Source: a plasmid. From it: DNA of 64,000 bases. Within the stretch, counting starts at the first letter, position 1. Every line of letters starts with the position of its first letter. The stretch is from sequence record NZ_CP014128.2; one strand, given 5' to 3'. The translations under genes were made by a program, and so were the position numbers. Under the pieces are notes generated by a model. The model saw only the letters and a list, made by a program, of their open reading frames with translations. It was not told the origin of the DNA and searched no databases. Positions 20,352 through 31,045 of the stretch are shown here, piece by piece.

Positions 20352-21070
20352 AAATCCATAGCCTTTCTGCAAGATCTTTACCGATCGATCTGGCGCAGAA
20401 TCGGGTGGAGCAGGGAGTCATCTTTAGCACGCATTTACCGGTCAGGATTGCTGAAGGGCGCAGGCTGTGCTGAGCATGAGATTTGAATCAGAAACCTGAA
20501 TAAACTTTTTCAGCTCCCGCTTAATAAAATGACTCATTCAAACAATGGCAATAGTGAATTTCATCAGCCTGAATTGATAAGACGCGCATTAATAGTTTAT
20601 GAATGATCAAACACGAAGATCGCTTGAAAATAAACCAGAAGAGATCCCAAATGAAATTCACGACCGGCAGCGAATGAACATTAATTATCGTTAGCCTGTA
20701 AGTTAACCAGTTTTTCCCACCATTGTCTTTATCGTCTCAAACAGATAACCTCTCATTCCCACTATCAGGAAACATTTAGAGTCCATATGTCAGAACAAAA
20801 AACTAAATATAAATATTTTAAAGATTTAAATATCAGCCAGAAATCATAATCCGCTATCCTGCACTCCTGAATATGGGAAGCAGTGACACCCTTTTATCCG
20901 CTTTCAATCAAAACGAGACGGACAGTTAATTTACTGACTGAAGCAGATTAATAATGAATCAGATGATATTGGGGTCATTGAGGACTCACTAATTATGCGC
21001 ATTTTTATGTCGGCGTCTGAAGTAACACCTGTAACGCCGGCATTCATCAGGGTAAAAAGAGGATTTTTTC

Positions 21071-21538
21071 ATGAAGAAAAGTTTATTATCGCTGTGTCTT
21101 TTAGGTCTTTCCTGCGCGCCGGCTATTACACTGGCACAACAGCCGGTCACTTGTGTCAAAGCATCTGAGCAGGATGTGGCCAGCCTGTTTGATACCTGGA
21201 ATAATACGCTGGCAACCGGCGATGCTACTAAAGTCTCTGAATTATATGTCAGCGATGCCGTGCTGCTGCCAACTATTTCTAACCATGTGCGCCTGACAGA
21301 CCAGGAACGCATTGACTATTTCAAAGACTTCCTGAAAAAAGGTCCGAGCGGTAAAATTGATTCCCGTACCATCCGGATTGGCTGTAATAAAGCGATTGAT
21401 GCCGGCGTCTATACCTTTACCTTTAAAGATAATACGCACGTCACTGCACGTTATACCTTCACTTACGTCTGGGATGGTAAGGGCTGGAAAATCTCAACCC
21501 ATCACTCTTCAGCTATGCCAGAGCGAGTGAGCAAGTAA
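21071..21538 (+). CDS. Secreted NTF2-fold (SnoaL/DUF4440-like) protein
   Basis: Signal peptide MKKSLLSLCLLGLSCAPAITLA. The size and the C-terminal ...TFTYVWDGKGWKISTHHSS pattern are typical of the SgcJ/EcaC NTF2-like family. Confidence 0.5.
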   Translation: MKKSLLSLCLLGLSCAPAITLAQQPVTCVKASEQDVASLFDTWNNTLATGDATKVSELYVSDAVLLPTISNHVRLTDQERIDYFKDFLKKGPSGKIDSRTIRIGCNKAIDAGVYTFTFKDNTHVTARYTFTYVWDGKGWKISTHHSSAMPERVSK

Positions 21539-21572
21539 TATTCTTTTCACATTAATATCGATTTTTTTGAAA

Positions 21573-21605
21573 TCAGCCTCTGAATATTTCAGGGGCTGAT
21601 TTTTA
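21573..21605 (+). terminator. Rho-independent terminator
   Basis: cagcctctgaa-tat-ttcaggggctg hairpin followed by TTTT. Confidence 0.65.
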
Positions 21606-21818
21606 TGGTCAGGAAATGTTTTTTACTTTTATAGTACCAGCCAGAAACACCTGAAAAATCCAAAGCTATATTATGAATTAGCTTTGCGAATATTGTAATA
21701 ACCACGCTATTTACTTCGTTCTGACCAACTGCCTATTATCGTTTTCAACGTAAATAAATGTGACGCGCTCAATATCAGCCAGTCTGCTTTGACGCCTGTC
21801 TCTTTTTCCGGAAGCGCT

Positions 21819-23030
21819 ATGAAACTCATCTCAGATCCTCCCGAGACTTGCCTGGCGGCCGTCATTACCCGACGCGATCAGGCTATTCAGGCTGCCCATT
21901 TGCTGGCTGAGCAGGCGAAACCTGGCGCCATCGAACGCGATCAGCAACGACTTTACCCCCGAGACCTTCTCGACAAGTTTACCCGGCTCGGGCTGGGCGG
22001 CATCAGTGTTCCACGCCGCTTTGGTGGTGGGGGACTGGATTTTCAGACAGTGGCGGAGGTATTCCGCATCATCTCAGCCAGCGATCCCTCTCTGGGCCAG
22101 ATTCCGCAAAATCACTTTGGTCTGATTCAGTTCATTCTTGGCGAAGGCAATCCGCAACAACAGACAACATTGCTGCAGGCGGTGGTCAGTGGCAAACGGC
22201 TGGGCAATGGGGGCCCCGAGAAGAACACCCGTCATACGCGGGACATTCAGGCACGGCTGGTCAGTGACGGTCTGGAACACCGTCTGACCGGAGAGAAATT
22301 CTATTCTACCGGTGCATTGTTCGCAGACATTCTGGTGACCACCGCTCTGCAGGAGAGTGACCAGCCTGCAATGGCTTTTGTCCCGCTGCCTGCCAACGGC
22401 GTAGAGATTATTGATGACTGGTCAGGCATGGGGCAGCGTACCACGGCCAGCGGCACAGTAAGGCTTGATCGGGTTGCCGTAGATCCTGCATTGCTTATTC
22501 CCTTGCCGCCAGAAGAAAAACCGACCCTGCGCGGTGCTGTCTCGCAGCTGATTCAGGCGGCGATTGATGCCGGTATCGCTCAGGGCGCGCTGGACGATGC
22601 GCTGGAGTTTGTCCGCAGCAGCTCACGACCCTGGGTGGACGCAGGCGTGGAGCGCAACGCTGACGATCCCTACATCCTTGCTGACATCGGTCGTATCAGT
22701 ACTGAACTGAGCGCCGCAAATGCCTTACTGCGCCGGGCCGCAAAGGTGCTTGATTCACTCGATCAGCAGGCACTGACAGCGGAAAACAGCGCAGCCGCCT
22801 CTATTGCGGTAGCGGAAGCCAAAGTGCTGACCACCGACATCGCGCTGCGTGCCAGTGAAAAACTGCTGGAGTGGGGCGGCAGTCGCGCCACGCTCCTGCA
22901 GCATGGGCTGGATCGCCACTGGCGCAATGCGCGCACTCATACGCTGCACGACCCGGTGCGCTGGAAAACACATGCTATCGGCAATTACTACCTTAATGCG
23001 AGTTACCCCGCGCGTCATGCATGGATTTAA
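21819..23030 (+). CDS. SfnB-family sulfur-acquisition oxidoreductase (acyl-CoA dehydrogenase fold), copy 1
   Basis: Acyl-CoA-DH-like architecture with the C-terminal motif LDRHWRNARTHTLHDPVRWK shared by SfnB/DszC-type FMN/FAD-dependent enzymes. It is adjacent to a second copy and to an LLM monooxygenase. Confidence 0.7.
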   Translation: MKLISDPPETCLAAVITRRDQAIQAAHLLAEQAKPGAIERDQQRLYPRDLLDKFTRLGLGGISVPRRFGGGGLDFQTVAEVFRIISASDPSLGQIPQNHFGLIQFILGEGNPQQQTTLLQAVVSGKRLGNGGPEKNTRHTRDIQARLVSDGLEHRLTGEKFYSTGALFADILVTTALQESDQPAMAFVPLPANGVEIIDDWSGMGQRTTASGTVRLDRVAVDPALLIPLPPEEKPTLRGAVSQLIQAAIDAGIAQGALDDALEFVRSSSRPWVDAGVERNADDPYILADIGRISTELSAANALLRRAAKVLDSLDQQALTAENSAAASIAVAEAKVLTTDIALRASEKLLEWGGSRATLLQHGLDRHWRNARTHTLHDPVRWKTHAIGNYYLNASYPARHAWI

Positions 23031-23039
23031 GGAGAAAGA

Positions 23040-24230
23040 ATGAGTCAGGTTCAGCCCAAACAGCACGCTTCCCGTATTCGCAGCGAGCAGCATGCGCTGG
23101 AAGTGGCTGCGCAACTGGCGCAGCAGTTCCGTGAGGGGGCCGCAGCGCGAGATCGTGAACGTATATTGCCGCATTCCGCTCTGCAGACCCTGTTTCAATC
23201 AGGATTAGGGGGGGTTACCGTGCCGCAGGTGTATGGAGGCATTGCCGTATCAACCGCCACACTCGTCTCTGTGATCACGCTGATTAGCGAGGCTGATGCA
23301 GCGATTGGTCAGGTTCCGCAAAACCACTACTACGCGCTGGAAGTGCTGCGCGTTAACGGCAGTGAATCACAAAAACAACGGTTGTATCGGGAAGTCCTGA
23401 CAGGCGTGCATCTGGGCAATGCGCTGGCAGAGTTCTCCTCCCGTGCCGCACATCAGCGGACCACGCAGATTCGGTGCAATATTCTCAACGGCAGCAAGTT
23501 CTACGCTACCGGTGCGCTGTTTGCTGACCGCATTCCCACGGCTGCGCGCGATGAAGAGGATAAAGAGCAACTGGTATTTGTGCCACGTCATCAGGCGGGT
23601 GTGACCGTTATTGATGACTGGAGCGGGTTTGGTCAGCGCACCACAGGCAGCGGCAGCGTCCTCTTCGAAAACGTCACGGTGGATGCTGCAGATGTGGTGC
23701 CGTTTCAGACAGCATTTGAGCGGCCGACGACCGTCGGCCCTTTTGCGCAGATTATGCACGCCGCTATCGATCAGGGAATTGCACGCGCCGCATTTAACGA
23801 CATGCTCGACTTTCTGCGTCAGCGTGCCCGACCCTGGCCCGACAGCGGGGTAACGCGTGCCACTGATGACCCCTTAACGCTCGATCGCACCGGACGTCTG
23901 GCGGCGCGACTGAGCGCCGGTGACGCCCTGTTAGCCGAAGCAGGCGCAGCCATCGACGCCGCGCAACAACAGTCTGACGCCGCGACGGTGGCGCTGGCCT
24001 CGGTGGAGGTGGCCAGAGCGCGTGCCTGGACCACAGAAGTCTCACTGGAAGCGGCTAATTTGCTGTTTGAACTGGGCGGTTCACGCGCCAGCCTGCGTGA
24101 ATATAACTTTGATCGCCACTGGCGTAACGCACGCACCCATACCCTGCACGATCCGGTACGCTGGAAATATCCCGCGATAGGGAATTACCTGCTCAATGGC
24201 GTGCTGCCACCGCGCCGGGGCACGCTATGA
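23040..24230 (+). CDS. SfnB-family sulfur-acquisition oxidoreductase (acyl-CoA dehydrogenase fold), copy 2
   Basis: Paralogous to the preceding gene (same FDRHWRNARTHTLHDPVRWK C-terminus). Its stop overlaps the next start. Confidence 0.7.
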   Translation: MSQVQPKQHASRIRSEQHALEVAAQLAQQFREGAAARDRERILPHSALQTLFQSGLGGVTVPQVYGGIAVSTATLVSVITLISEADAAIGQVPQNHYYALEVLRVNGSESQKQRLYREVLTGVHLGNALAEFSSRAAHQRTTQIRCNILNGSKFYATGALFADRIPTAARDEEDKEQLVFVPRHQAGVTVIDDWSGFGQRTTGSGSVLFENVTVDAADVVPFQTAFERPTTVGPFAQIMHAAIDQGIARAAFNDMLDFLRQRARPWPDSGVTRATDDPLTLDRTGRLAARLSAGDALLAEAGAAIDAAQQQSDAATVALASVEVARARAWTTEVSLEAANLLFELGGSRASLREYNFDRHWRNARTHTLHDPVRWKYPAIGNYLLNGVLPPRRGTL

Positions 24231-25576
24231 CTCAGAAACAGGTTATGCTCAACGCGTTTAATATGAATTGTGTCGGCCATATTCATCACGGCATGTGGAC
24301 GCACCCGGAAGACCGCTCAACCGCGTTCAATACGCTGGCCTACTGGACTGATCTGGCACGGCTGCTGGAACGCGGACTGTTCGACGGACTCTTTATTGCG
24401 GATATTCTGGGCGTCTATGACGTTTATCAGCAGGGTATTACGCTAACGGCCCGTGAGTCGATTCAGCTACCGGTCAACGATCCGCTGATGCTGGTTTCGG
24501 CTATGGCGGGCGTCACGCAGCATCTTGGCTTCGCCGTGACCGCGAATCTCAGTTATGAAGCACCGTTTCCTTTTGCGCGCCGTCTTTCCACACTCGACCA
24601 TCTGACTCAGGGACGGATAGGCTGGAACATTGTCACCGGCTACCTGGATAGCGCCGCCCGTGCCATGGGAAACAAACAGCTGCTGGCACACGATGAGCGC
24701 TATGCACAGGCGGATGAGTTTCTCGATGTCAGTTATCAGCTATGGGAAGGAAGCTGGCAGGATGATGCGCTGGTCGTCGATCGCCCGAATCGTCTCTACG
24801 CAGACGCCACGAAAATTCATCCGGTCAGGCATCAGGGTGAATTTTATCAGGTTGAAGGCTATCACCTCAGCAGCCCGTCACCCCAGCGTACGCCGTTACT
24901 GTTTCAGGCCGGCACCTCTGCACGCGGGATTCAGTTTGCTGCGCGTCATGCCGAGTGCACTTTTGTTAACGCAGCGACACCCACAGCAATGCGCCAGCAG
25001 ACTCAGCGGCTGCGGCAGGCCGCGGTGGAGGCAGGCCGACGTGCAGATGATCTGCGTATCTTTATGGGAGTCGGCGTCATCGTCGCCCCGACAGAGCGTG
25101 AAGCACAGGAGAAACACCGCAGTTATCTTGAATATGCCAGCCCGGAAGCGGGCATTGCCCATTTCTCCAGTTCCATTGGTCTCGATCTGGCCGCCTTTGA
25201 GCTCGACGAACCCATTATCAGCGGGGAGACCCGGGCTATCGAATCGGTCAGTAAAGCCTACAGCGGCTGGACCCGTCGCCGCCTGCTGGAGCAGCATGCG
25301 ATGGGCAGTCGCTATCCACTCATAATCGGTAATCCCGCGCAGGTCGCGGACGCGCTGTTGCACTGGATGGATGAAGGCGACATTGACGGCTTTAATCTGA
25401 CCCGCATTCTGAACCCGCAGAGCTACCGCGACTTTATCGATTTAGTTGTACCTGAACTTCAACAGCGCGGGCGCTATAAAACGGCTTACCAGCCCGGTTC
25501 ATTGCGCCACAAAATTTTCCAGCAGGATCGCCTGCCCGAACGCCACCCGGCGGCACGCTGGCGTCATCCCGCCTGA
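24227..25576 (+). CDS. LLM-class FMNH2-dependent monooxygenase, NtaA/SnaA/DszA family (449 aa)
   Basis: The N-terminal LNAFNMNCVGHIHHGMWTHPEDRS...DLARLLERGLFDGLFIADILGV is the hallmark of the DszA/NtaA subgroup of luciferase-like monooxygenases. Confidence 0.75.
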   Translation: MTQKQVMLNAFNMNCVGHIHHGMWTHPEDRSTAFNTLAYWTDLARLLERGLFDGLFIADILGVYDVYQQGITLTARESIQLPVNDPLMLVSAMAGVTQHLGFAVTANLSYEAPFPFARRLSTLDHLTQGRIGWNIVTGYLDSAARAMGNKQLLAHDERYAQADEFLDVSYQLWEGSWQDDALVVDRPNRLYADATKIHPVRHQGEFYQVEGYHLSSPSPQRTPLLFQAGTSARGIQFAARHAECTFVNAATPTAMRQQTQRLRQAAVEAGRRADDLRIFMGVGVIVAPTEREAQEKHRSYLEYASPEAGIAHFSSSIGLDLAAFELDEPIISGETRAIESVSKAYSGWTRRRLLEQHAMGSRYPLIIGNPAQVADALLHWMDEGDIDGFNLTRILNPQSYRDFIDLVVPELQQRGRYKTAYQPGSLRHKIFQQDRLPERHPAARWRHPA

Positions 25577-25609
25577 CCTCATTGATCTGTTTAACCTCAA
25601 GGAATCACC

Positions 25610-26419
25610 ATGACACGCTCAAAAACACTTCGCGCCGCCCTGGGCGGTCTGCTGCTGACTCTCAGTGCCGCTGCGACCGCAGCGAACTATTCCGGCCCGC
25701 TCAAAGTGGGCACCACCGCCGCGTTTGCCCCGCCGCTGGAGACCGCTGTCGCCGAAGCAAAGAAGCAGGGCCTGGATGTTGAACTGGTCGAATTTACCGA
25801 CTGGACTGCCCCGAATGTCAGCGTGGAAAATGGCGATATCGACGTCAATCTGTTCCAGCACAAGCCTTTTCTGGAGAATGCTAATCAGTCCGGCGGCTTC
25901 CATCTGGTCGCTTATGCGCCGGCCATCATCAATAACATTGGTCTTTATTCCAAAAAACACAGCGAGATTGATCAGGTTCCCGAAGGCGGCACCGTTGCTA
26001 TCGCCAACGATCCAATTAATGGCGCACGCGGATTATTGCTGCTGCAGAAGGCGGGGCTGATTACGCTCAAACCGGGTGTGGGACTGAAAGCAACCGTTGA
26101 TGACATCGTCAGCAACCCTAAAAAGCTGAAAATTATCGAGGTGGAAGCGGTACAGCTTTCGCGCTCGCTGGAAGAGGTCGACCTGGCGCAGGGCTATCCA
26201 CACTATCTGCGTCTGGCAAAAACGATTGATCCCAATAAGGCGCTGCTATTTGACGGACTGGAGCACCCTGAATATGTAATTCAGTTCGTCATCCGTCAGG
26301 ATCATCAGGACGATCCGCGACTGGCTAAGTTTGTTGATATCTATCAGCACTCTCCGGTGGTCCGCGCCAGCCTCGACAATTTCTATGGCAAACTCTATCA
26401 GCCAGGCTGGAGCCAGTAA
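25610..26419 (+). CDS. MetQ/NlpA-family ABC substrate-binding protein
   Basis: Signal peptide plus the LKVGTTA...GDIDVNLFQHKPFLE...GYPHYL pattern of D-methionine-binding lipoprotein homologs. Confidence 0.8.
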   Translation: MTRSKTLRAALGGLLLTLSAAATAANYSGPLKVGTTAAFAPPLETAVAEAKKQGLDVELVEFTDWTAPNVSVENGDIDVNLFQHKPFLENANQSGGFHLVAYAPAIINNIGLYSKKHSEIDQVPEGGTVAIANDPINGARGLLLLQKAGLITLKPGVGLKATVDDIVSNPKKLKIIEVEAVQLSRSLEEVDLAQGYPHYLRLAKTIDPNKALLFDGLEHPEYVIQFVIRQDHQDDPRLAKFVDIYQHSPVVRASLDNFYGKLYQPGWSQ

Positions 26420-26421
26420 TC

Positions 26422-27522
26422 ATGGTCAGCCTGAGCATCCCTGAGACGTCGGCTTCGTCCGATGCCGCTGCACGCCATACCAGCGGTGCTTCACACGTCA
26501 TCATTGAAGCATTAAGTAAGCGCTATCCCGGCCAGTCTGTGGATGCACTTCGCAATATTAATCTCGGCATCCATCGCGGAGAAATATTCGGCATCATTGG
26601 CCGCAGCGGCGCGGGAAAATCGACGCTCATCCGCTGCCTCAATCGTCTGGAAGAACCGACTGCCGGGCGCATTGTGATTGATGGCACCGATATCAGTGCG
26701 CTTAATGCCCGGCAACTGGTCGAATGGCGGCGCAGCACCGGCATGATTTTCCAGCACTTCAATCTGCTGTCGGCCAAAACTGTACGGCAGAATATTGAGC
26801 TACCGCTAAAAGTGGCAGGCGTGCCTGCTGCCGTGCGGGCGCGCAAAGTGGATGAGCTGCTGGCGCTGGTCGGACTGGAGGCGCGGCAACACGCCTGGCC
26901 CGCCCAGCTTTCCGGTGGACAAAAACAGCGCGTCGGTATTGCGCGTGCGCTGGTGCACGATCCGGAACTGCTGCTGTGCGATGAAGCGACATCAGCACTC
27001 GACCCCGAAACGACACGATCTATTCTGGCGCTGCTTAAAAAGATCAATCAGCAACGCCATATTACTATTGTGCTGATTACCCATGAGATGGACGTCGTCC
27101 ATGACCTCTGCCACAACGTTGCGGTAATCGATCAGGGTGAAATCATTGAGCGCGGCCCGGTCTGGCAGGTTTATAGCGACCCGCAGCAGGAGACGACGCG
27201 CCAGCTGCTGAACCCGAATCACCAGGCTCTGCCGGAGTCGGTCGGCACACGGCTGACTGCCCACAGGCAACATCATCAATCCCGTCTGTTGGTGCGGTTA
27301 CGTTACACCGGGCAGGGTGCACAACCCGATATCGGTGCGCTGAGTGCAGAGATCGCGGGCGAAATCACCCTGATTTATAGCGCGATTGAGTGGGTTGACA
27401 GCAAACCTACCGGCCAGTTGTTGCTCCTGCTGGATGCCCGACACGAGGCGCAATCCGTGACAACTCAACTGGCGCACATCGCCGATCGACTGGAGGTATC
27501 AGGTTATGTCACCGGCTATTGA
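26422..27522 (+). CDS. MetN-like ABC transporter ATP-binding protein (with a C-terminal NIL domain)
   Basis: Walker A GRSGAGKST, signature LSGGQKQRVGIARAL, and Walker B LLLCDEATSALD. The roughly 100 aa C-terminal extension is typical of MetN. Confidence 0.85.
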   Translation: MVSLSIPETSASSDAAARHTSGASHVIIEALSKRYPGQSVDALRNINLGIHRGEIFGIIGRSGAGKSTLIRCLNRLEEPTAGRIVIDGTDISALNARQLVEWRRSTGMIFQHFNLLSAKTVRQNIELPLKVAGVPAAVRARKVDELLALVGLEARQHAWPAQLSGGQKQRVGIARALVHDPELLLCDEATSALDPETTRSILALLKKINQQRHITIVLITHEMDVVHDLCHNVAVIDQGEIIERGPVWQVYSDPQQETTRQLLNPNHQALPESVGTRLTAHRQHHQSRLLVRLRYTGQGAQPDIGALSAEIAGEITLIYSAIEWVDSKPTGQLLLLLDARHEAQSVTTQLAHIADRLEVSGYVTGY

Positions 27523-28156
27523 ACGTTTATGGGTCGCCTTTCTGGATACGCTGCTGATGGTAGGCGTCTCCTCTGCGCTCGCGCTCGCGCTGGGTTTACC
27601 CATGGCGGTGATTCTGGTGGTCAGCGGACGCGGCGATCTTTTTCCCAGCCCACTACTTAATCGGGTGCTGGGCTGGGTGGTTAACCTCTTTCGCTCCATC
27701 CCATTTCTGATCCTGATGGTGGCGTTAATTCCCTTTACCCGCTGGATTGTGGGAACCACCTATGGCGTCTGGGCAGCCGTCGTACCGCTCACCCTGGCGG
27801 CCACCCCGTTTTTTGCCCGTATTGCGGAGGTCAGCCTGCGTGAAGTTGATAAAGGGCTGACCGAAGCGGCGCAGGCGATGGGATTTCATCGCTGGCATAT
27901 TATCTGGCATGTGCTGCTGCCGGAAGCGCGGCCTGGCATCGTCAGCGGTTTTACCATCACGCTGGTGACGATGATTAACGCGTCAGCGATGGCCGGCGCC
28001 ATCGGTGCAGGAGGATTGGGGGATCTGGCGTATCGTTATGGTTATCAGCGTTTTGATATGCAGGTGATGGTGACAGTGATTGTGGTGCTGGTTGCGCTGG
28101 TGACACTCCTTCAGCTGTGTGGCGATCGGCTGTCGCGACGACTGAACCACCGCTAA
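27506..28156 (+). CDS. MetI-like ABC transporter permease
   Basis: Five hydrophobic segments. The EAAQAMGF...LPEA motif is characteristic of the MetI family. Confidence 0.85.
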   Translation: MSPAIERLWVAFLDTLLMVGVSSALALALGLPMAVILVVSGRGDLFPSPLLNRVLGWVVNLFRSIPFLILMVALIPFTRWIVGTTYGVWAAVVPLTLAATPFFARIAEVSLREVDKGLTEAAQAMGFHRWHIIWHVLLPEARPGIVSGFTITLVTMINASAMAGAIGAGGLGDLAYRYGYQRFDMQVMVTVIVVLVALVTLLQLCGDRLSRRLNHR

Positions 28157-28162
28157 ACGCGT

Positions 28163-28193
28163 AAGGCCGGGCTCCCCCGGCCTTGCTGTTTTA
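28163..28193. terminator. Terminator hairpin between convergent operons
   Basis: aaggccgggctcccccggcctt followed by gctgtttta. Confidence 0.6.
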
Positions 28194-29408
28194 TGACGCT
28201 TCGCCGTTGCCGATCTGCCAGATAAACGTCGGGTCGTTACCGTTTACCTCCCAGTCACCCACATTGCGGATTTTGTAGATCACCGGGTTATGCGATGATA
28301 CGGTCCGCGCGTTGCGCCAGTGCCGATCCAGCGCCTTGCTGACGCGGGTATCGGACGCGCCCAGCGCATTGAAGAACTCCGTGGCAGCTCGTGTCACTAA
28401 CTCCACCGCGACCACCTGCGCCCGGGCAGACTCCACCTCTGCCTGAACGTTCGCTGCGTGAAGCTCCGCTTCATTAGCACCGCTCAGTTGCAGATCAAAT
28501 GCCTGCTGCAAAGAGTGGGTCGCGCGATCAACAGCGGCTTCAGCGGCCCACGCCCAGCTGCTGAGCTGACCGACCACCTGCAGCACCTGCACATCCTGCT
28601 TAACCTGGGGCGCATTGCCGTGGCTGTAAATCCGTTTACGCTGCGCGACCCCCTGTGACGCATCACGCACTACGGCCCGGCCTATACCCGCCAGCGTGGC
28701 TAATAACACATGCTGATAAAATGCGGTCTGATAGCGAAAGCGCTCACTGAAATCATAAACGTGTGGCTGCTCCACACGGGCATGATGAAAGCGTGTGGTG
28801 CCACTGCCGGTCAGCCGCTGCCCGAAACCATCCCAGTCATCATCACGTTCCACTTCATTCTGATACGTGTTCACCAGCGCGATGACGTCGCGGCCGTTGT
28901 CCGTGCGCTGCGCATAGACATCAATCCAGTCCGCATAGAGCGTGCCGGTGCTGTAAAACTTCTCACCGCTGATCCGCCATTCTCCCGCATCGGGTGAGAC
29001 CTGGGTGTTGACCTCACCCAGCTTAACCGCCCCGATTTCACTCCAGCCACTGCCCACCAGCTCGCCATCCACAAAACGGCGGAACCAGCGCCGCCGATCC
29101 TCACTCTCCGGCTGGTTCAGACGATCTTCGATAAAGGCAAAGTGCGCGCGCAGTGCCTGCGGCAGATTCGAATCTGCTTCGGCCAGCGCGATCAGCAGGG
29201 AAAAGAGCTGCGGCAGCGAGACGCCGAAGCCACCTTCTTCTTTGGGGATGCGCAGGGTGCCAAACCGCGCCTCTTTCAGCCAGCGGATCGGCTCATGCAG
29301 CAGAGTGCGGTTGATTTCACGCGCGGCGGCGCCTTCAGCAATGCGGTTAAAGAGTGGCCGGAACTGTTCGGTCAGCGCGGCAAATTCAGTACGGGTTAAT
29401 TCAGACAT
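28191..29408 (-). CDS. SfnB/DszC-like acyl-CoA-dehydrogenase-fold oxidoreductase, copy 3
   Basis: Same family C-terminus LDRHWRNARTVSSHNPVIYK, and an AGGAGAAG RBS before MSELTRTEF. Confidence 0.7.
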   Translation of the reverse strand: MSELTRTEFAALTEQFRPLFNRIAEGAAAREINRTLLHEPIRWLKEARFGTLRIPKEEGGFGVSLPQLFSLLIALAEADSNLPQALRAHFAFIEDRLNQPESEDRRRWFRRFVDGELVGSGWSEIGAVKLGEVNTQVSPDAGEWRISGEKFYSTGTLYADWIDVYAQRTDNGRDVIALVNTYQNEVERDDDWDGFGQRLTGSGTTRFHHARVEQPHVYDFSERFRYQTAFYQHVLLATLAGIGRAVVRDASQGVAQRKRIYSHGNAPQVKQDVQVLQVVGQLSSWAWAAEAAVDRATHSLQQAFDLQLSGANEAELHAANVQAEVESARAQVVAVELVTRAATEFFNALGASDTRVSKALDRHWRNARTVSSHNPVIYKIRNVGDWEVNGNDPTFIWQIGNGEAS

Positions 29409-30864
29409 GATCTTCTCCTGTTGCAGGTTGTTCATCAATGTCCTGTCGGGTCGGTTCAAACCGGATAATCAACAGGAAAATAATCGGAATAAGGGCGGCG
29501 AGAGAGACGATCCAGAACATGTTGGTGCCATAACGGACCTGCAGAATGGGCAGGATAAATAGCGCCAGTGCACTGCCAATGCCAGAGAGCGAGCGACTGA
29601 AGCCAACACCGGTCGCACGAATGTGGGTCGGATAAGAGAGCGCCGGATAGATCATCAACTGCGCGCCGGGGCCGAACCCTTCGGCAAACAGCCAGAGTCC
29701 CAGCATCAGCACGGCAAACACCACGCCGGCAGTGGCCTGTGGATGACCGATCAGCGCCAGTGAGATCAGCGCGATAAACTGCAGGGCAAAACCCGCAATC
29801 GCCACATGCCTGGAAGAGAACTTCCATGCCAGTCGCATCCCCAGCAGGCCGCCGGTAAAGGCGAACAGCGCGTTCAGCCCCAGTGAGGCGGAGATGGTTT
29901 CAAACACGCCCGCGCCCAGGAACTGCGCCAGGATAGAGGGCAGGAAGAAAGCAATGGCGGTGTACTCAAATGCGATACAGACGTTCATTACTGCGCTGAC
30001 GATCGTGCGTTCGAGGTAAGGCTTCTGAAACAGCACGCGGAAACTCACTTTCGGGGCCGCTTTCACGGTTTCGGTTTTTTCGGGCTGCTCTTCATGCGCA
30101 ATAATGCCGTAGGAGTCGCGCAGGATACGAACTGCACCGCTCAGGTCTCCCTGATTGGCGGCCCACAGCGGTGACTCATTCATGAACTTGCTGCGCACCG
30201 CGATAATCAACAGAGCCGGTACCGCGCCAAACAGCAGCGAGGCGCGCCATAACCAGTCGATGTGTTCAGCTGGCAGCAGGAAATAGAGCGCAAAAATAAT
30301 AAAGAAGCAGGCAGATGACGCGGCATACCACATCGGGCACCAGGCCGCGAGGCGCGACGCTTTATTGCCTTTGCCGGAGAATTTAGAGAACTCCGCCAGG
30401 TAGGCCATGGCAACCGGCAGATCGATCCCGACCCCGACCCCCATCAGAAAACGCGCGCCAATCAATACCCAGACGTTGGGCGCCAGACCGGCAGCTATCG
30501 CAGAGACCACGAAGAACAGCATGTCCGCCATAAACACCGAGTAGCGGCCATATTTGTCGGTGAGCCAGCCGCCGACCAGATTGCCGACGATGGTGCCGAT
30601 CATAATTGAAGAGGTGACCAGTCCGGTCAGCACCGGGGTTAAGCCAAACTCTTTCACCACATCGTCAATACCATAGGAGAGCGTGGTGAGATCGTAGGCG
30701 TCAAGAAATACACCGCCCAGCGCCAGGAACACAATCCAGCGGGCGTAGCTGTTTTTCTCCGTATTACTGTTGATTAGCCGGGCCACATCACTCACCGAAC
30801 GAACCGGCGTGGAGTGAGGCGGCGAGGCGGTCAGGGTGTTGTCAATCTCTAATGTACTCATCAT
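29401..30864 (-). CDS. MFS transporter (12 TM, sugar-porter/metabolite:H+ symporter-like)
   Basis: Twelve hydrophobic segments, the MFS motif GxLxDKYGRYS after TM2, and a GAGGA RBS. It is co-oriented with and immediately upstream of SfnB-like copy 3. Confidence 0.8.
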   Translation of the reverse strand: MMSTLEIDNTLTASPPHSTPVRSVSDVARLINSNTEKNSYARWIVFLALGGVFLDAYDLTTLSYGIDDVVKEFGLTPVLTGLVTSSIMIGTIVGNLVGGWLTDKYGRYSVFMADMLFFVVSAIAAGLAPNVWVLIGARFLMGVGVGIDLPVAMAYLAEFSKFSGKGNKASRLAAWCPMWYAASSACFFIIFALYFLLPAEHIDWLWRASLLFGAVPALLIIAVRSKFMNESPLWAANQGDLSGAVRILRDSYGIIAHEEQPEKTETVKAAPKVSFRVLFQKPYLERTIVSAVMNVCIAFEYTAIAFFLPSILAQFLGAGVFETISASLGLNALFAFTGGLLGMRLAWKFSSRHVAIAGFALQFIALISLALIGHPQATAGVVFAVLMLGLWLFAEGFGPGAQLMIYPALSYPTHIRATGVGFSRSLSGIGSALALFILPILQVRYGTNMFWIVSLAALIPIIFLLIIRFEPTRQDIDEQPATGEDHV

Positions 30865-30977
30865 ATCCTCGTTATTATATTCAGCAGGTAACGAGGTTTT
30901 TATAGGCATTCACGGCTCAGTAAACAACCAACAAATATGGATAACGATTCTATATAATTCAATAAGTTAATCTCATT

Positions 30978-31012
30978 TTTCAGACATGGAAAAGACCGGA
31001 TGAATGCAGTGA
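30978..31012 (-). terminator. Hairpin terminator downstream of the minus-strand transporter operon
   Basis: accggatgaa-tcactgc-attcatccggt followed by a cttttcc T-rich tract on the minus strand. Confidence 0.45.
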
Positions 31013-31045
31013 TTCATCCGGTTTGCGCCCACCTGGGCCTGTTTA